Positions 20,481-30,469 of a stretch of 64,000 nucleotides of DNA are shown here, in pieces (positions within the stretch are counted from its first letter, which is position 1; each line of letters begins with the position of its first letter). Below the pieces are notes generated by a model, which was not told the origin of the DNA, did no database searches, and saw only the letters and a list, made by a program, of their open reading frames with translations. Location: the NCBI GenBank assembly GCA_947652665.1, contig CANTDZ010000001.1:67-64066 (forward strand), given 5' to 3'. Source of the stretch: an uncultured Clostridia bacterium. Lineage in GTDB: Bacteria > Bacillota > Clostridia > Oscillospirales > Acutalibacteraceae. Both the position numbers and the translations under genes were made by a program.

Positions 20481-20603
20481 AGTGTGCACCTTTCTTTCTG
20501 CTGCGGATTCAGAGCTCCGGGAGCCCCGGTTTTCTGTAATTCTATTGTAGCACAATATCTAAAAAATTGCAACAAGTTCCGCAAAAATTATTTATTTGCC
20601 TCA

Positions 20604-21443
20604 CTACAAAACCACGTTCTTGTGGCGGGTGACGTGGCAGCCCACGTTCACGGCCACCGGAAGCCCCGCAATGTGCGTGGGGAACGCCTCGATATTGACG
20701 CAGAGCGCCGTCACATCGCCGCCAAACCCTTGGGGCCCCACCCCCGTTTCGTTTACCCGTCGGAGCATCTCCGCTTCCAGCTGGGCATAGAACGGGTCGG
20801 GGTTGCGCACGTCCACATCCCGGCAGAGGGCCTTCTTGGCCAAATAGGCGCACAGCTCGAAGTCCCCGCCGATGCCCACGCCCAGCACCACCGGCGGGCA
20901 CGGGTTGGCCCCGGCCTGCCGCACGGCGTCCACCACAAAGCCGATGATGTCCTCCGGCCCTGCCGCGGGGGTCAGCATCTGCAGGCGGCTCATGTTCTCG
21001 CTGCCAAAGCCTTTGGGGGCCACGGTCAGCTTCAGCTTGTCCCCAGGGACCAGGCGCGTGTGCAAAACAGCCGGCGTGTTGTCTCCCGTGTTGCCCCGGC
21101 GGAGGGGGTCGGCCACCACCGAGCACCGCAGCAGGCCCTCTACGTACCCTTGGCGCACGCCCTCGTTGACGGCCTCCTCGAAGCCCCCCTCGATGTGCAC
21201 CTCCTGCCCAACCTCGGCGAACACCACGGCCATCCCCGTGTCTTGGCAGATGGGCACTGCCATTTCCCTGGCTGCGTCCAAATTGGCCGTCAGGTCGCCT
21301 AAAATCGCTTTTCCCATGGGGTCCGACTCCAACCCGGTGCTTTCGCGCACAAGCTTTTCAAGGCCAACCGGCAGCTCCCGGTTGGCCTCTATGCACAGCT
21401 TCCGCACCGCCGCAGAGATCTCCCCGGCGCGTATGTTCCGCAT
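20604..21443 (-). CDS. Fumarate hydratase / tartrate dehydratase alpha subunit (Fe-S hydro-lyase)
   Basis: PICQDTG, NTGDNTPA, APKGFGSENMS, GANPCPP, CHVTRH. Confidence 0.92.
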   Translation of the reverse strand: MRNIRAGEISAAVRKLCIEANRELPVGLEKLVRESTGLESDPMGKAILGDLTANLDAAREMAVPICQDTGMAVVFAEVGQEVHIEGGFEEAVNEGVRQGYVEGLLRCSVVADPLRRGNTGDNTPAVLHTRLVPGDKLKLTVAPKGFGSENMSRLQMLTPAAGPEDIIGFVVDAVRQAGANPCPPVVLGVGIGGDFELCAYLAKKALCRDVDVRNPDPFYAQLEAEMLRRVNETGVGPQGFGGDVTALCVNIEAFPTHIAGLPVAVNVGCHVTRHKNVVL

Positions 21444-21455
21444 GGATTTTCCTCC

Positions 21456-21980
21456 TCAGCCCTTCTGCCCCCGGCGCGAGTACCCCCCGCCCCGGCGGGT
21501 ATCTGTCGCACGCTTCAAGTCCGACATCTTCTCGTCGCTGGTCTGCTTGAAGCGGGACATCATGTCTTCAAAGCTGCCGCTGTCATTGCGGCGGCTCTGC
21601 CATTCGAAATCGCCAGGCCGGCCCGGGCTGGGCTGGGGCGCAGGCTTCGGGCCCCTGGGCGGACGTCCGGCGCCCTGGCTGCGGCGGCTGTGGCCGCCCC
21701 GGTCGCCTTCCGGGCGCTTGGGGGCGTGCCCCCGCTGCTGGTCCTCTGGCAGGGCCTTCTTAATGGACAGGCTGATCTTCCCTTCCTCACTGATGGACAG
21801 CACCTTGACCTTTACGGTCTGCCCCTCGGTGACAAAATCCTTGATCTCATTGACGAACACAGGCGCGACCTCCGAGATATGGACCATGCCCGTGCGTCCC
21901 CCCTCGAAGCTGACGAACGCACCAAACTTGGTGATCCCCGTCACCTTACCCTCATAGATTTCTCCAACCTCAAGCTGCAT
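21456..21980 (-). CDS. S1 RNA-binding domain protein (YabR/YugI-like)
   Basis: GKVTGITKFGAFV, GMVHISEVA, KISLSIK, SFEDMMSRFKQTSDEK. Confidence 0.92.
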   Translation of the reverse strand: MQLEVGEIYEGKVTGITKFGAFVSFEGGRTGMVHISEVAPVFVNEIKDFVTEGQTVKVKVLSISEEGKISLSIKKALPEDQQRGHAPKRPEGDRGGHSRRSQGAGRPPRGPKPAPQPSPGRPGDFEWQSRRNDSGSFEDMMSRFKQTSDEKMSDLKRATDTRRGGGYSRRGQKG

Positions 21981-22024
21981 AATACCGATTTATCCTCCTA
22001 GGCTTACCGAAGTCTTTAGGCAGG

Positions 22025-22327
22025 CTAATCACCGCCGCCCACGTCCACAAAAATGCGTTCGTCGGGGCGCGCATAATCCAAATCCCGCCGGGCCTTTTTC
22101 TCCGCGTATTCCGTCAGGCCGCTGCTGTCTTCCAGCTGGTCCTGCAGCTCCGCGTTGCGGATGACCTGCTGGTCCAGCTGGGCCTGCAAGCCGTCCAGAG
22201 TGCGGCGCTTTTCCGCAATCTCGAACTGCTTGCTGACCAAGACGAAAGCCACGAACAGCGCCAAACAAAAAACGGCGAATTTTAAAAGGAAGCTGCCCTT
22301 AACCTTGTTTTTTTTCTTTTCTTTCAA
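22025..22327 (-). CDS. Septum formation initiator (DivIC/FtsB family)
   Basis: Basic N-terminus, single TM, coiled coil, ARRDLDYARPDERIF; RBS-supported TTG start (ORF track start 22360). Confidence 0.85.
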   Translation of the reverse strand: MKEKKKNKVKGSFLLKFAVFCLALFVAFVLVSKQFEIAEKRRTLDGLQAQLDQQVIRNAELQDQLEDSSGLTEYAEKKARRDLDYARPDERIFVDVGGGD

Positions 22328-22413
22328 AAGGCGATGCCCCTTTCCAAAATCCAGCGGCACACGAAGTCATGGACGCCTGCCATACCCATTATAATATAGT
22401 CGACATAAGTTTT

Positions 22414-22752
22414 TCAAGTCTTTTTTGGATTCCCGCGAAAAAATTTCCGCTTTATCCATGAAAAGGCCCTTCCCAAAGCGCAAACGGCTGGGTCAAAGGC
22501 CGTGATGGCGGCCCATGCACCCGCCATCTGCAGGACGGCCTGCAAAAGCCGCAGCCGCCCCTTATCCACGGCCAAAGCCGCCAGGAAGACCACTGCCCCG
22601 CAGATAATGCCAAAAAGGACGTCCAAAACGGCCGTCAGTATTTTCCCCGCCGAAAGGCCCAGCCGCAGCGCCTTGAGGAGCAAAAACAGCATTCCCAAAG
22701 CGCATCCGGTGGCCAGGCAGAAGAATATGGTGGGAGCCTGCGCGCCCGTCAT
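22414..22752 (-). CDS. yabQ: Spore cortex biosynthesis protein YabQ-like
   Basis: Hydrophobic helices, DVLF...G.LR pattern, position after yabP with ATGA overlap. Confidence 0.7.
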   Translation of the reverse strand: MTGAQAPTIFFCLATGCALGMLFLLLKALRLGLSAGKILTAVLDVLFGIICGAVVFLAALAVDKGRLRLLQAVLQMAGAWAAITAFDPAVCALGRAFSWIKRKFFRGNPKKT

Positions 22753-23033
22753 TTGAACAGCCTGCCAAAGAAGGACACGGCCGGGCTGCTCTCAGTGTAG
22801 GACACCGCCGCCACCTTCCCCTTCACCAGCATATCCCCGGTGTCGGCGTTCAGGTTCTCAATGTGCAGGGCCTCGCCCTTTATGTTCAGCTGGCCCAGGT
22901 CGGTCTGGGCGGTGATGAGCTCGTCGCTGAAAAAATCCACCCGGCGGATGCCGGTGCTGGTCAGGCGCTCCCGGGCCTCCATGTGGAGCTCGTGGCGCTT
23001 CATAGGCTTTTGGGTGTCTGGCATAGCTTCCAT
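22749..23033 (-). CDS. yabP: Sporulation protein YabP
   Basis: RERLTSTGIRRVDFFSD, LNIKGEALHIENLN, FFGRLFK. Confidence 0.88.
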   Translation of the reverse strand: MEAMPDTQKPMKRHELHMEARERLTSTGIRRVDFFSDELITAQTDLGQLNIKGEALHIENLNADTGDMLVKGKVAAVSYTESSPAVSFFGRLFK

Positions 23034-23095
23034 CCCTTTCCCCGGGCCCGTACGATACGCCCGGCTAAAGAATTCCTATGCCCAAAACCCGGCTT

Positions 23096-23341
23096 TTATT
23101 CCTCGATCATCCGGTAAAGGGAGCTGGCCTCTTCCTTTTTGGCGTATTCGGTCACGGAAAGCACCTCGGCCTTTAGCACCCGTTCGCCCATGGTAATGGT
23201 GAGCACGTCCCCCACCTTCACGTCATAGGAGGCCCGGGCCTGCTTGCCGTTTACAAATACCCGCCCGGCATCGCAGGCTTCGTTGGCCACGGTGCGGCGC
23301 TTGATCAGGCGGGAAATCTTCAAATACTTGTCAAGTCTCAT
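23096..23341 (-). CDS. S4-domain RNA-binding protein (YabO/RqcP)
   Basis: MRLDKYLKISRLIKRRTVANEACDAGRV. Confidence 0.93.
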   Translation of the reverse strand: MRLDKYLKISRLIKRRTVANEACDAGRVFVNGKQARASYDVKVGDVLTITMGERVLKAEVLSVTEYAKKEEASSLYRMIEE

Positions 23342-23410
23342 AAAAATGCTCCTTCCTCTGCAACAAAAACAGGCCCGGAATCACCCCGGGCCCGCCCTGT
23401 TCGCAAAAGC

Positions 23411-23686
23411 TTACTTATTCACAACATCCTTGAGGGCCTTGCCAGCCTTGAAAGCCGGGGCCTTGGAAGCAGGGATGCTGATCTCCTCGTTGTTGCGGGG
23501 GTTGCGGCCGGTGCGGGCGCCGCGGGTACGGACTTCGAAGGTGCCAAAGCCCACCAGCTGTACCTTGTCGCCGTTCTCCAGGGCGTGGGTGATGGAATCG
23601 ACGATCGCGTTTACAGCGGCGTCGGCGTCTTTTTTGGTGATATCAGCCCGAAGGGCCACATCTGCGATCAGTTCAGATTTGTTCAT
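23411..23686 (-). CDS. hup: DNA-binding protein HU
   Basis: [34 protein letters not shown]; upstream TTGAAA-17-TATGAT within the 3' end of the yabM-like gene. Confidence 0.97.
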   Translation of the reverse strand: MNKSELIADVALRADITKKDADAAVNAIVDSITHALENGDKVQLVGFGTFEVRTRGARTGRNPRNNEEISIPASKAPAFKAGKALKDVVNK

Positions 23687-23756
23687 TGTAAACGTACCTC
23701 CAAGATAATTTGATCGGGTGTTCCTAGGTTCAAAAGCTGTAGCATTTGACATCATA

Positions 23757-25511
23757 TCATATCCAGCCCCGTTTTTCAAGGGTTTTTGCAATTTTTTGCC
23801 CACCCGGCACCAGCAGCAGGTCATTTCCTGTGACCGCCCCCAGCGCCAGCGCCCCCCAGGCGTACACGGCGGCTCCCAGCAGGATGCCCCCGCCAAGGCA
23901 GGCTATATCCCGCCCCGGCAGCATCCGGGAAAGGAGTCCATACCCGGCGTAGGCTGCGGCCCCGCAGGCCAGGGCGCTCAAAAAGGGCGGGCCCAGCAGC
24001 TCCTTTACAGGAAGGCGCACGTCCGCGGCCTTTTGCAGGAAATAAACCTGCACCACCACCAAAAACAGGTAGCTGACCAAGGTTCCCACCCCTGCGCCCA
24101 TCAGGTTGACCTCTGGGATGCCGCACAGCACCCAGTTGATGGCTATTTTGATGCCCATGGCGGCGCACAGGGCTTTCACGGGCAGGTCGGCCCGGCCCAC
24201 CGCCTGGAGCATACTGGAAAGCGGCGTACTCAGCGCTGTAAACAGCGACGCCGGCCCTAATACGGCCAGCACCCCTGCCACCAGTGGCACCGAAGGGCCG
24301 TTGCCATAGAGCACGCGGGTGATGGGCTCGGCCAGGGCCGTAAGCCCCAGCCCTGCCGGGAAGCAGAACAAGGCCGCCAGCCGCAGCACAGAGGCCATGC
24401 GCCCCCCCAAGCCCTGCTTGCCGATCTCTTTGCGGTTTGTCCAGGCTTCCGTGACGGCCGGAAGGGCACTGACCCCAAAGGCCTGGGTAATGGCCGGCAC
24501 CAGCAGATAGAGCGTCAAAGCCATGGTGTAGCACCCGTACAGGAACGTGGGCACGCTCTCCGGGTTATCCCGGTACACACTGGGTATCATGCCCCCAAAC
24601 GCCGCCCATAACCGCTGGGGCGCGGTATCCATGATGTCCCGCAGGCGGTTTTGTAAAAAGGTCGCGTCGATAAGCCCGCCCGCGTTCATGGCCACCGAAC
24701 CGGCCGCTACAGGCAGCGTAATCTTCAAAAGCTTGCGCCGGATGGCCTTGCGTTCGGCCGCAGGGGGCGAGACGTCCAGAAGGCGGCGGTCCAGGCCGCG
24801 CAGATGGAACCTGGCCCACAAATAAAACAGCGACGCCAGCGACCCCGCCGTCACGCCCAGGATGGCCCCCGCAGCGCCAAAGGCCAGCACTAAAAACGTG
24901 CCGTCGCCATAGCTGGGCGGGGTAAAGCCAAACACCGTCCCGTATTTTTCCAGCTCGGCAGACCCGGCCTCTACGGCGGCTCCGGCGCACCAAAGGCCCA
25001 GGGTCAGCTTGACCGCCGCTTCGGCCACCTCGGAAACGGCGGTGGGGGTCATGTCCCCCAGCCCGGCAAAGTATCCCCGGTAGACCGCTCCCCCGCAGGC
25101 GAACAGCACCGCCGGAGCCAGCGCCAGCATGGGGAAAAGCGCCTGGGGGCTCCCCACGGCATAGCCGCAGTAAAAGGGGGCGCACAGGGTGATGAGCACC
25201 GTCCCGATCACGCCAGCCCCCAAAAACAGGGGCATAGCCGACCGCTTGACCTCCCCCACATCCCGCCAGCGGCCCAGGCTGGCGCTCTCCGACACCATCC
25301 GGGACACCGCCACCGGGAACCCGGCCGTGGCCAGGCTGAAGATGGGCCCATAAAAATTATACGCCACGTTGAAGAGCCCCATCCCGTACTCCCCCACGAT
25401 CCGCTGCAAGGGCACCTTGAACAGCGCCCCGATCACTTTCACTACGGCCATCCCTGCCGTGAGCACCAGCGCCCCCCACAGGAAATTCTGGCCTTTTGGC
25501 CGTCTTTTCAT
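23757..25511 (-). CDS. SpoVB/YabM-family polysaccharide/lipid II flippase-like membrane protein
   Basis: [50 protein letters not shown]; many TM segments. Confidence 0.9.
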   Translation of the reverse strand: MKRRPKGQNFLWGALVLTAGMAVVKVIGALFKVPLQRIVGEYGMGLFNVAYNFYGPIFSLATAGFPVAVSRMVSESASLGRWRDVGEVKRSAMPLFLGAGVIGTVLITLCAPFYCGYAVGSPQALFPMLALAPAVLFACGGAVYRGYFAGLGDMTPTAVSEVAEAAVKLTLGLWCAGAAVEAGSAELEKYGTVFGFTPPSYGDGTFLVLAFGAAGAILGVTAGSLASLFYLWARFHLRGLDRRLLDVSPPAAERKAIRRKLLKITLPVAAGSVAMNAGGLIDATFLQNRLRDIMDTAPQRLWAAFGGMIPSVYRDNPESVPTFLYGCYTMALTLYLLVPAITQAFGVSALPAVTEAWTNRKEIGKQGLGGRMASVLRLAALFCFPAGLGLTALAEPITRVLYGNGPSVPLVAGVLAVLGPASLFTALSTPLSSMLQAVGRADLPVKALCAAMGIKIAINWVLCGIPEVNLMGAGVGTLVSYLFLVVVQVYFLQKAADVRLPVKELLGPPFLSALACGAAAYAGYGLLSRMLPGRDIACLGGGILLGAAVYAWGALALGAVTGNDLLLVPGGQKIAKTLEKRGWI

Positions 25512-25572
25512 TCCACCACGCCTTTCCGGTTTTCTACCCTATAGGTATGCCGGGGCCTGGTGGAATATTTGC

Positions 25573-25836
25573 CTACTCGCCCAGCTCGACTTCCAGCAGG
25601 CGGGCGGCCCTCTCTATGGCCTCCGATTCATCCGGCCCCGCGCACTCCAGCTCCAGCTGGGCTTTGGCCGGGATGCCGGCGGCCATCAGGTTCATCATGC
25701 TTTTGCCGTCGGCGCGCACGCCCTCGTAGGTAAGCCGGACGGAACTAGAAAACCGCCCCATTTCCTCGGAAAAGGTACCGGCGGGGCGCATATGGAAATT
25801 GGCCGTGCTGTTCCAAGTGACTGTCTTTTTGACCAT
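25573..25836 (-). CDS. HPr-family phosphocarrier protein
   Basis: FHMRPAG (His15), DGKSMMNLM (Ser46); 87 aa. Confidence 0.88.
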   Translation of the reverse strand: MVKKTVTWNSTANFHMRPAGTFSEEMGRFSSSVRLTYEGVRADGKSMMNLMAAGIPAKAQLELECAGPDESEAIERAARLLEVELGE

Positions 25837-25850
25837 AAACCCATCTCCTC

Positions 25851-27596
25851 TTATTCTAGACCCTGTGCAGGGTCCACAAAAACCGTCTTGTAATTTGTGT
25901 AAATCACCATGCCCGGCCGGGCCCCCTGGGGCTTGCTTACATGGCGTATCTGGGTGTAATCCACCGGCACCTGGGCCGACGCCCGTGCCCGGCTGTGACG
26001 CGCCGCCAGCGCGGCTGCCTGCTCCATGGCGGCGTCCGTGGGCGTGCGGCCTTCGGTGACCAGCACCGTGTGGGAGCCCGGAATGTTCTTTACATGGAAC
26101 CACCAGTCGTTATTGTTGGCCGTGCGCATGGTCAGCTGGTCGTTCTGGCGGTTGTTGCGGCCTACCAGGACCGTGAACCCGTCGGCCACCTCAAACTGGA
26201 GCGGCGCGCTGGGCGACTCCTTTTTGGCCTTCTTGCCCCGCTGGGCCCGCAGATAGCCCTGCTCCATGAGCTCGGCGCGGATCTCCGCCAGGTCACGCTC
26301 CGTCTCGGCCCGGGCCAGGGCGTCCAGCACCGAGTCCAGATACTCCAGCTCCTTCCCTGCCAGGGCGATCTGCTCATTGAGCTTCTCCTCGGCAGTCTTG
26401 GCCTTGCGGTACTCCTTGTAGTACTTCTGGGCGTTCTGGGAGGCCGTCAGCGCCGGGTCCAGCTTGATGTGCACCAGGGGCTGGCCCTCCTGGTAATAGT
26501 CCGGCAGGTCGGCGGCCTGGGCGCCTTTGGGGAGGTTGTATAGGTTGGCGCTGATTAAGTCCCCCGCCACCCGCAGGGAATCCCGCTGGGCACACTGCTC
26601 CAGCTCTCCCTGCTGGGCGCTGATCTTGCGGGAGAGCCGCTCGGCGTGGTTGGAGAGCATCCGCAAAAGATCCTGCTCCCGGACGCGCATCCGCTCCAGC
26701 TGGTCTTTTTCCCGGTAAAAGCCGTCTAAGAGCGAGGAGAACGTCTCGCCCCTGCGCACCACGGCGGCGGTGCCGTACTGGTGGATGTCGAGGAAGGAAA
26801 AATCCATGGGCTTCTTCTTCAAATCCACCGCCATATACGGCTGGCCCGTGCGCCCGGCGACCGTCTCCTTCAGCTGCTGCACGAAAAACTGCAGACGGAA
26901 AAGCTGCTCCTCGTTCAGGGTCATGATGGTCAGCTCCTGCCCCCGCCCCACCTGGTGGGCCACCTCCCGGCAGACAATGGGCGACACTCCCTGCAGCGCC
27001 GCCAGCAGCGCCTTGGAGAGCTCCATGTCCTTGGGAAGGCTGCGCATGGCCTGCACGGCCTCCTGGGCGGTATGGTCCAGCAGGCAAAGTTTATCCTGGG
27101 GCGGCGGCAAATGGTAGGTGAGCCCCGGCAGCACCAGCCGCTGGGAAGACATCTCCGCGTCCACCCGCTTGAGGGCATCAACGATCTTCCCTTCTTCGTC
27201 TGTAAGTATAATATTGCTGTACTTTCCCATGATCTCCATGGTGAGCGTCAGGGTCACGTGGTCCCCCAGCTCGTTGATGGAGTCGAAGTCAAAGTGCAGA
27301 AGCCGTTCCAGCTCCGGCTGGCGGATGGCAACCACCTTCGCCCCCTGCAGCTTCTTGCGCAGGAGCATACAAAGCATGGGCGGCTGCTTGGGGTTTTCCA
27401 GCGCCACCTCCGTCAGATGCACCCGCGCACTGTTGGCCCGGGCCGAAAACAGCACCCGGCACGCGCCCTCCCGGCTGCGGAAAGCGACGACCAGCTCCTC
27501 CCGGTTGGGCTGGTGGATTTTGTCCACCCGCGCCCCCAGCAGGGCCTCCTCCAGCTCGTCCCGTATGTGACGCAGAAACGCGCCGTCTAATGCCAT
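25851..27596 (-). CDS. rqcH: NFACT/RqcH (FbpA) ribosome quality control protein
   Basis: MALDG, RVDKIHQP, PPMLCMLLRKKL, EIMGKYSNII, VGRNNRQND, HVKNIPGSH, VPVDYT. Confidence 0.95.
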   Translation of the reverse strand: MALDGAFLRHIRDELEEALLGARVDKIHQPNREELVVAFRSREGACRVLFSARANSARVHLTEVALENPKQPPMLCMLLRKKLQGAKVVAIRQPELERLLHFDFDSINELGDHVTLTLTMEIMGKYSNIILTDEEGKIVDALKRVDAEMSSQRLVLPGLTYHLPPPQDKLCLLDHTAQEAVQAMRSLPKDMELSKALLAALQGVSPIVCREVAHQVGRGQELTIMTLNEEQLFRLQFFVQQLKETVAGRTGQPYMAVDLKKKPMDFSFLDIHQYGTAAVVRRGETFSSLLDGFYREKDQLERMRVREQDLLRMLSNHAERLSRKISAQQGELEQCAQRDSLRVAGDLISANLYNLPKGAQAADLPDYYQEGQPLVHIKLDPALTASQNAQKYYKEYRKAKTAEEKLNEQIALAGKELEYLDSVLDALARAETERDLAEIRAELMEQGYLRAQRGKKAKKESPSAPLQFEVADGFTVLVGRNNRQNDQLTMRTANNNDWWFHVKNIPGSHTVLVTEGRTPTDAAMEQAAALAARHSRARASAQVPVDYTQIRHVSKPQGARPGMVIYTNYKTVFVDPAQGLE

Positions 27597-27620
27597 GGGC
27601 TCCTCCCCCTTTCCTTTTGG

Positions 27621-28391
27621 TTACGCGGTCACCCACTGGTGCACGGCCCCTGTTTTGGAAAGCAGGAACGCCGCTCCCGGCAGGCGCTTTTTCAAGTAAG
27701 CGGCCAAAAACTCCGCAAACACGATCTCTGTCTCATAGTGCCCCGCCGCCACGCAGGTGACCCCGCTGGCCTTGGCTTCCAGCATCTGGTGATGCTTCAT
27801 CTCGCCAGTGACGTAGGCGTCCGCGCCCCGGCAGGCAGCAAAGTTGATGAAATCGCCCCCGGCCCCGCTGCACAGGAACACCTTCTTAACCGGCTTCCCG
27901 CCAGACACAAGCTGCACCGCCGGAGCCTGCAGTCTTTCCCGCACCAGGCTCGCGAAAGCGTCGAGCTCCAGGGGGGCCTCCAGTTCGCCGGAGAACAGCA
28001 CGCAATCCTCCCCGAACACGTCCTCCTGCCGGATGGCCTTAAGCCCCAACCGGCTTGCCAGCGCCACGTTCACCCCGCACACCGGGGAGATGTCCAGGTT
28101 GGTGTGGCAGCACAGCGCGGCGATGCCCCGTTTCGCCAGCAGGTACGGCACCGAGCGGCTGTTCAGGGACTTCAGCGGCTCAAAAATCACCGGGTGGTGG
28201 CTGATAATCAGGTTGGCGTTGATGGAAGCCGCTTCCTCCACCACCGCCGGGGTGATGTCTAAGGCCACCAGCGCCCGGGTGACTTCCGTGGTCTGGTCGC
28301 CCACCAAAAGCCCGGAATTGTCAAAGCTCAGGGCGCTGGCAAAGGGCGCAGCCCGGTCGATCACGTCATATATATCGCAAATGCGTACCAT
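27621..28391 (-). CDS. Nif3-like dinuclear metal center protein
   Basis: FDNSGLLVG, ISHHPVIF, HTNLD, YVTGEMKHH, AGHYETE. Confidence 0.93.
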   Translation of the reverse strand: MVRICDIYDVIDRAAPFASALSFDNSGLLVGDQTTEVTRALVALDITPAVVEEAASINANLIISHHPVIFEPLKSLNSRSVPYLLAKRGIAALCCHTNLDISPVCGVNVALASRLGLKAIRQEDVFGEDCVLFSGELEAPLELDAFASLVRERLQAPAVQLVSGGKPVKKVFLCSGAGGDFINFAACRGADAYVTGEMKHHQMLEAKASGVTCVAAGHYETEIVFAEFLAAYLKKRLPGAAFLLSKTGAVHQWVTA

Positions 28392-28404
28392 GTGCAACAT
28401 CCTT

Positions 28405-29091
28405 TCAAAGGTACATTTTTTGTAAGGCCTCCAGTGCCTGGGTGAGCTCCCGCTCCCGGGCCGCTTCGCCCCGGTGCGCTGCTCCCTTGCGCTGGTTCAT
28501 AAGCTCCCGGGCCTGCTTTTCGGCATATAGGCGGACTTCCTCGCTCCCCGGCCGCAGAGCCCCCATATAAGGGTACAAAAAGGGCATTTCCCCCGGCTGG
28601 CCGGCAAAGGCCGCCGCAAACGCCGAATAGACCTTGCCGCTGTCCACGCAGGCCTCTTCCAGGGTGATACAAAAGCCCAGCTCCCACAGCCCGGCGCGCA
28701 GCTGGGGGGCGCAGCTCATGGGCTGCAGGATAAGGCGCTTGCCCGAATCCCGCAGCCAGGGGGCCCCGGCCACAATGCGCAGGATGAGCTCCCCGCCCAT
28801 CCCGGCTATGACGATGTCATCGGCGTCCCCCGGCCCCAGGCCGTTCAGCCCGTCCGAGAGCAGAAAGCGCAGCTCCTCCCCCACCTCGTACCGGGCCCCG
28901 TTGGCCTTGGCGGAGTTTAGGGGCCCTTCGTTGATATCCGCCGCCACCGCCCGGGGGACGCGCCCCGTTTTCAAAAGCCAAATGGGCAGGTAGCCGTGGT
29001 CGGTACCAATGTCGGCCACGGGCGAACCCTCCCGCACCAGCCCCGCGCACAGGGCCAGCCGGGGGCCCAATTCAAAAAGCGGCCTTGGCAT
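28405..29091 (-). CDS. trmK: tRNA (adenine22-N1)-methyltransferase
   Basis: ADIGTDHGYLP, ADINEGPL, SDGL, IAGMGGELI, LILQPM. Confidence 0.92.
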   Translation of the reverse strand: MPRPLFELGPRLALCAGLVREGSPVADIGTDHGYLPIWLLKTGRVPRAVAADINEGPLNSAKANGARYEVGEELRFLLSDGLNGLGPGDADDIVIAGMGGELILRIVAGAPWLRDSGKRLILQPMSCAPQLRAGLWELGFCITLEEACVDSGKVYSAFAAAFAGQPGEMPFLYPYMGALRPGSEEVRLYAEKQARELMNQRKGAAHRGEAARERELTQALEALQKMYL

Positions 29092-29164
29092 AAAGCCACC
29101 CCTTCCCGGTGAAAACGACAATGCCGCACGGACGAACCGCGCGGCAAAGTGCAGGTCACCTAGT

Positions 29165-29365
29165 TTACTTAGACAGGTGCTGGTTGATCTTCTCCACCAG
29201 CTCGTCCGCGTTCACTCCGTGTACGGCACAGGCCTGCTCCAGCGTCTCCCCTCGGGCCGAGGGGCAGCCCAGGCAGTGCATGCCCATCTCTACAAAATAA
29301 GGGGCGGTGGTCTCGTCCATATCGAGGATATCCCCGATGATCGTGTCTTTTGTAATAGAAGCCAT
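29165..29365 (-). CDS. DUF1858-domain small protein
   Basis: ITKDTIIGDIL, GMHCLGCPSARGETLEQAC.VHG. Confidence 0.88.
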   Translation of the reverse strand: MASITKDTIIGDILDMDETTAPYFVEMGMHCLGCPSARGETLEQACAVHGVNADELVEKINQHLSK

Positions 29366-29460
29366 TTTTTGTCATCCTTTCTCACGGCCCGGCGGCCGCA
29401 TTGCTAACCCTATTATAATACCCCCGGGCGGCGTTCGCAATACCTTCAATCGTGAATTTT

Positions 29461-30468
29461 CTATGAAATGGGAAGAAAACCGATTTTTTTCATGGCTTTC
29501 TGCACCGTCCGCCGGGCGATGGCGCTGGCCTTTTCCGCGTTCTCCTGATAGCAGCGCTGCAGGTACTCCTTGTCTTTTACGATCTCCTGGAAGCGCTCCT
29601 GTATGGGCCTCAGCTCCCCAATGACGGCCTCGGCCACGGCAGGCTTGAAGTCCCCATAGCCCTTGCCGTCAAACTCCCGCTCGATCTCCTCCATGGTCTT
29701 TCCGGTGATGCAGGAGTAAATCTCCATCAAGTTCTTCACCCCCGGCTTCTCGTCGGAGTACCGCACGCAGGCTTCGCTGTCGGTAATGGCACGCTTGAAT
29801 TTGCGCATGATGGTGTCCGCGTCGTCCATGACGCTGATGCATCCATTGTTGTTCCCGTCGGACTTGGACATCTTCTTGGTGGGGTCCTGCAGCGACATGA
29901 CCCGGGCCCCGTGCTGGGGAATAATGGGTTCCGGCACGGTAAAGGTGGGGCTGTAGATGCCGTTAAAGCGCTCGGCAATGTCCCGGGCGATTTCTACGTG
30001 CTGCTTCTGGTCGGCGCCTACGGGTACATAGTCCGCCTGATAGAGCAGGATGTCCGCGGCCATCAGGCAGGGGTAGGTGAACAGCCCCGCGTTGATATTG
30101 TCCGCGTGCTTGGCCGATTTATCCTTGAACTGCGTCATGCGCGAAAGCTCGCCGAACTGGGTGTAGCAGTTGAGAATCCAGGCCAGCTGGGCGTGCTGGG
30201 GCACATGGCTCTGGATAAAGAAGAGGGTCTTGTCCAGGTCGATGCCCATGGCCAGAAGGAAGGCGTAGGCTTCCGTGGTATAGCGGCGCAGGTTCGCGGG
30301 TTCTTGGCGCACCGTGATGGCGTGCATATCCGCCAGCGCGTATACACACTGGTAGCCTTCCTCCTGAAAGCGCAGGGCGTTTTTGAAAGCCCCCAAATAG
30401 TTGCCCAGGGTGAACGTCCCCGTGCATTGGTACATACTTAAAATGCGTTTTTTCTCATTATTTTCCAT
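29461..30468 (-). CDS. trpS: Tryptophanyl-tRNA synthetase
   Basis: TLGNYLG (HIGH), YPCLMAADIL, VPVGADQKQH, KKMSKS. Confidence 0.97.
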   Translation of the reverse strand: MENNEKKRILSMYQCTGTFTLGNYLGAFKNALRFQEEGYQCVYALADMHAITVRQEPANLRRYTTEAYAFLLAMGIDLDKTLFFIQSHVPQHAQLAWILNCYTQFGELSRMTQFKDKSAKHADNINAGLFTYPCLMAADILLYQADYVPVGADQKQHVEIARDIAERFNGIYSPTFTVPEPIIPQHGARVMSLQDPTKKMSKSDGNNNGCISVMDDADTIMRKFKRAITDSEACVRYSDEKPGVKNLMEIYSCITGKTMEEIEREFDGKGYGDFKPAVAEAVIGELRPIQERFQEIVKDKEYLQRCYQENAEKASAIARRTVQKAMKKIGFLPIS

Positions 30469-30469
30469 A

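Noticed and set aside
20052-21302. 416-aa plus-strand ORF
   Set aside because: Antisense to hpf and fumarase alpha, no recognisable domain.
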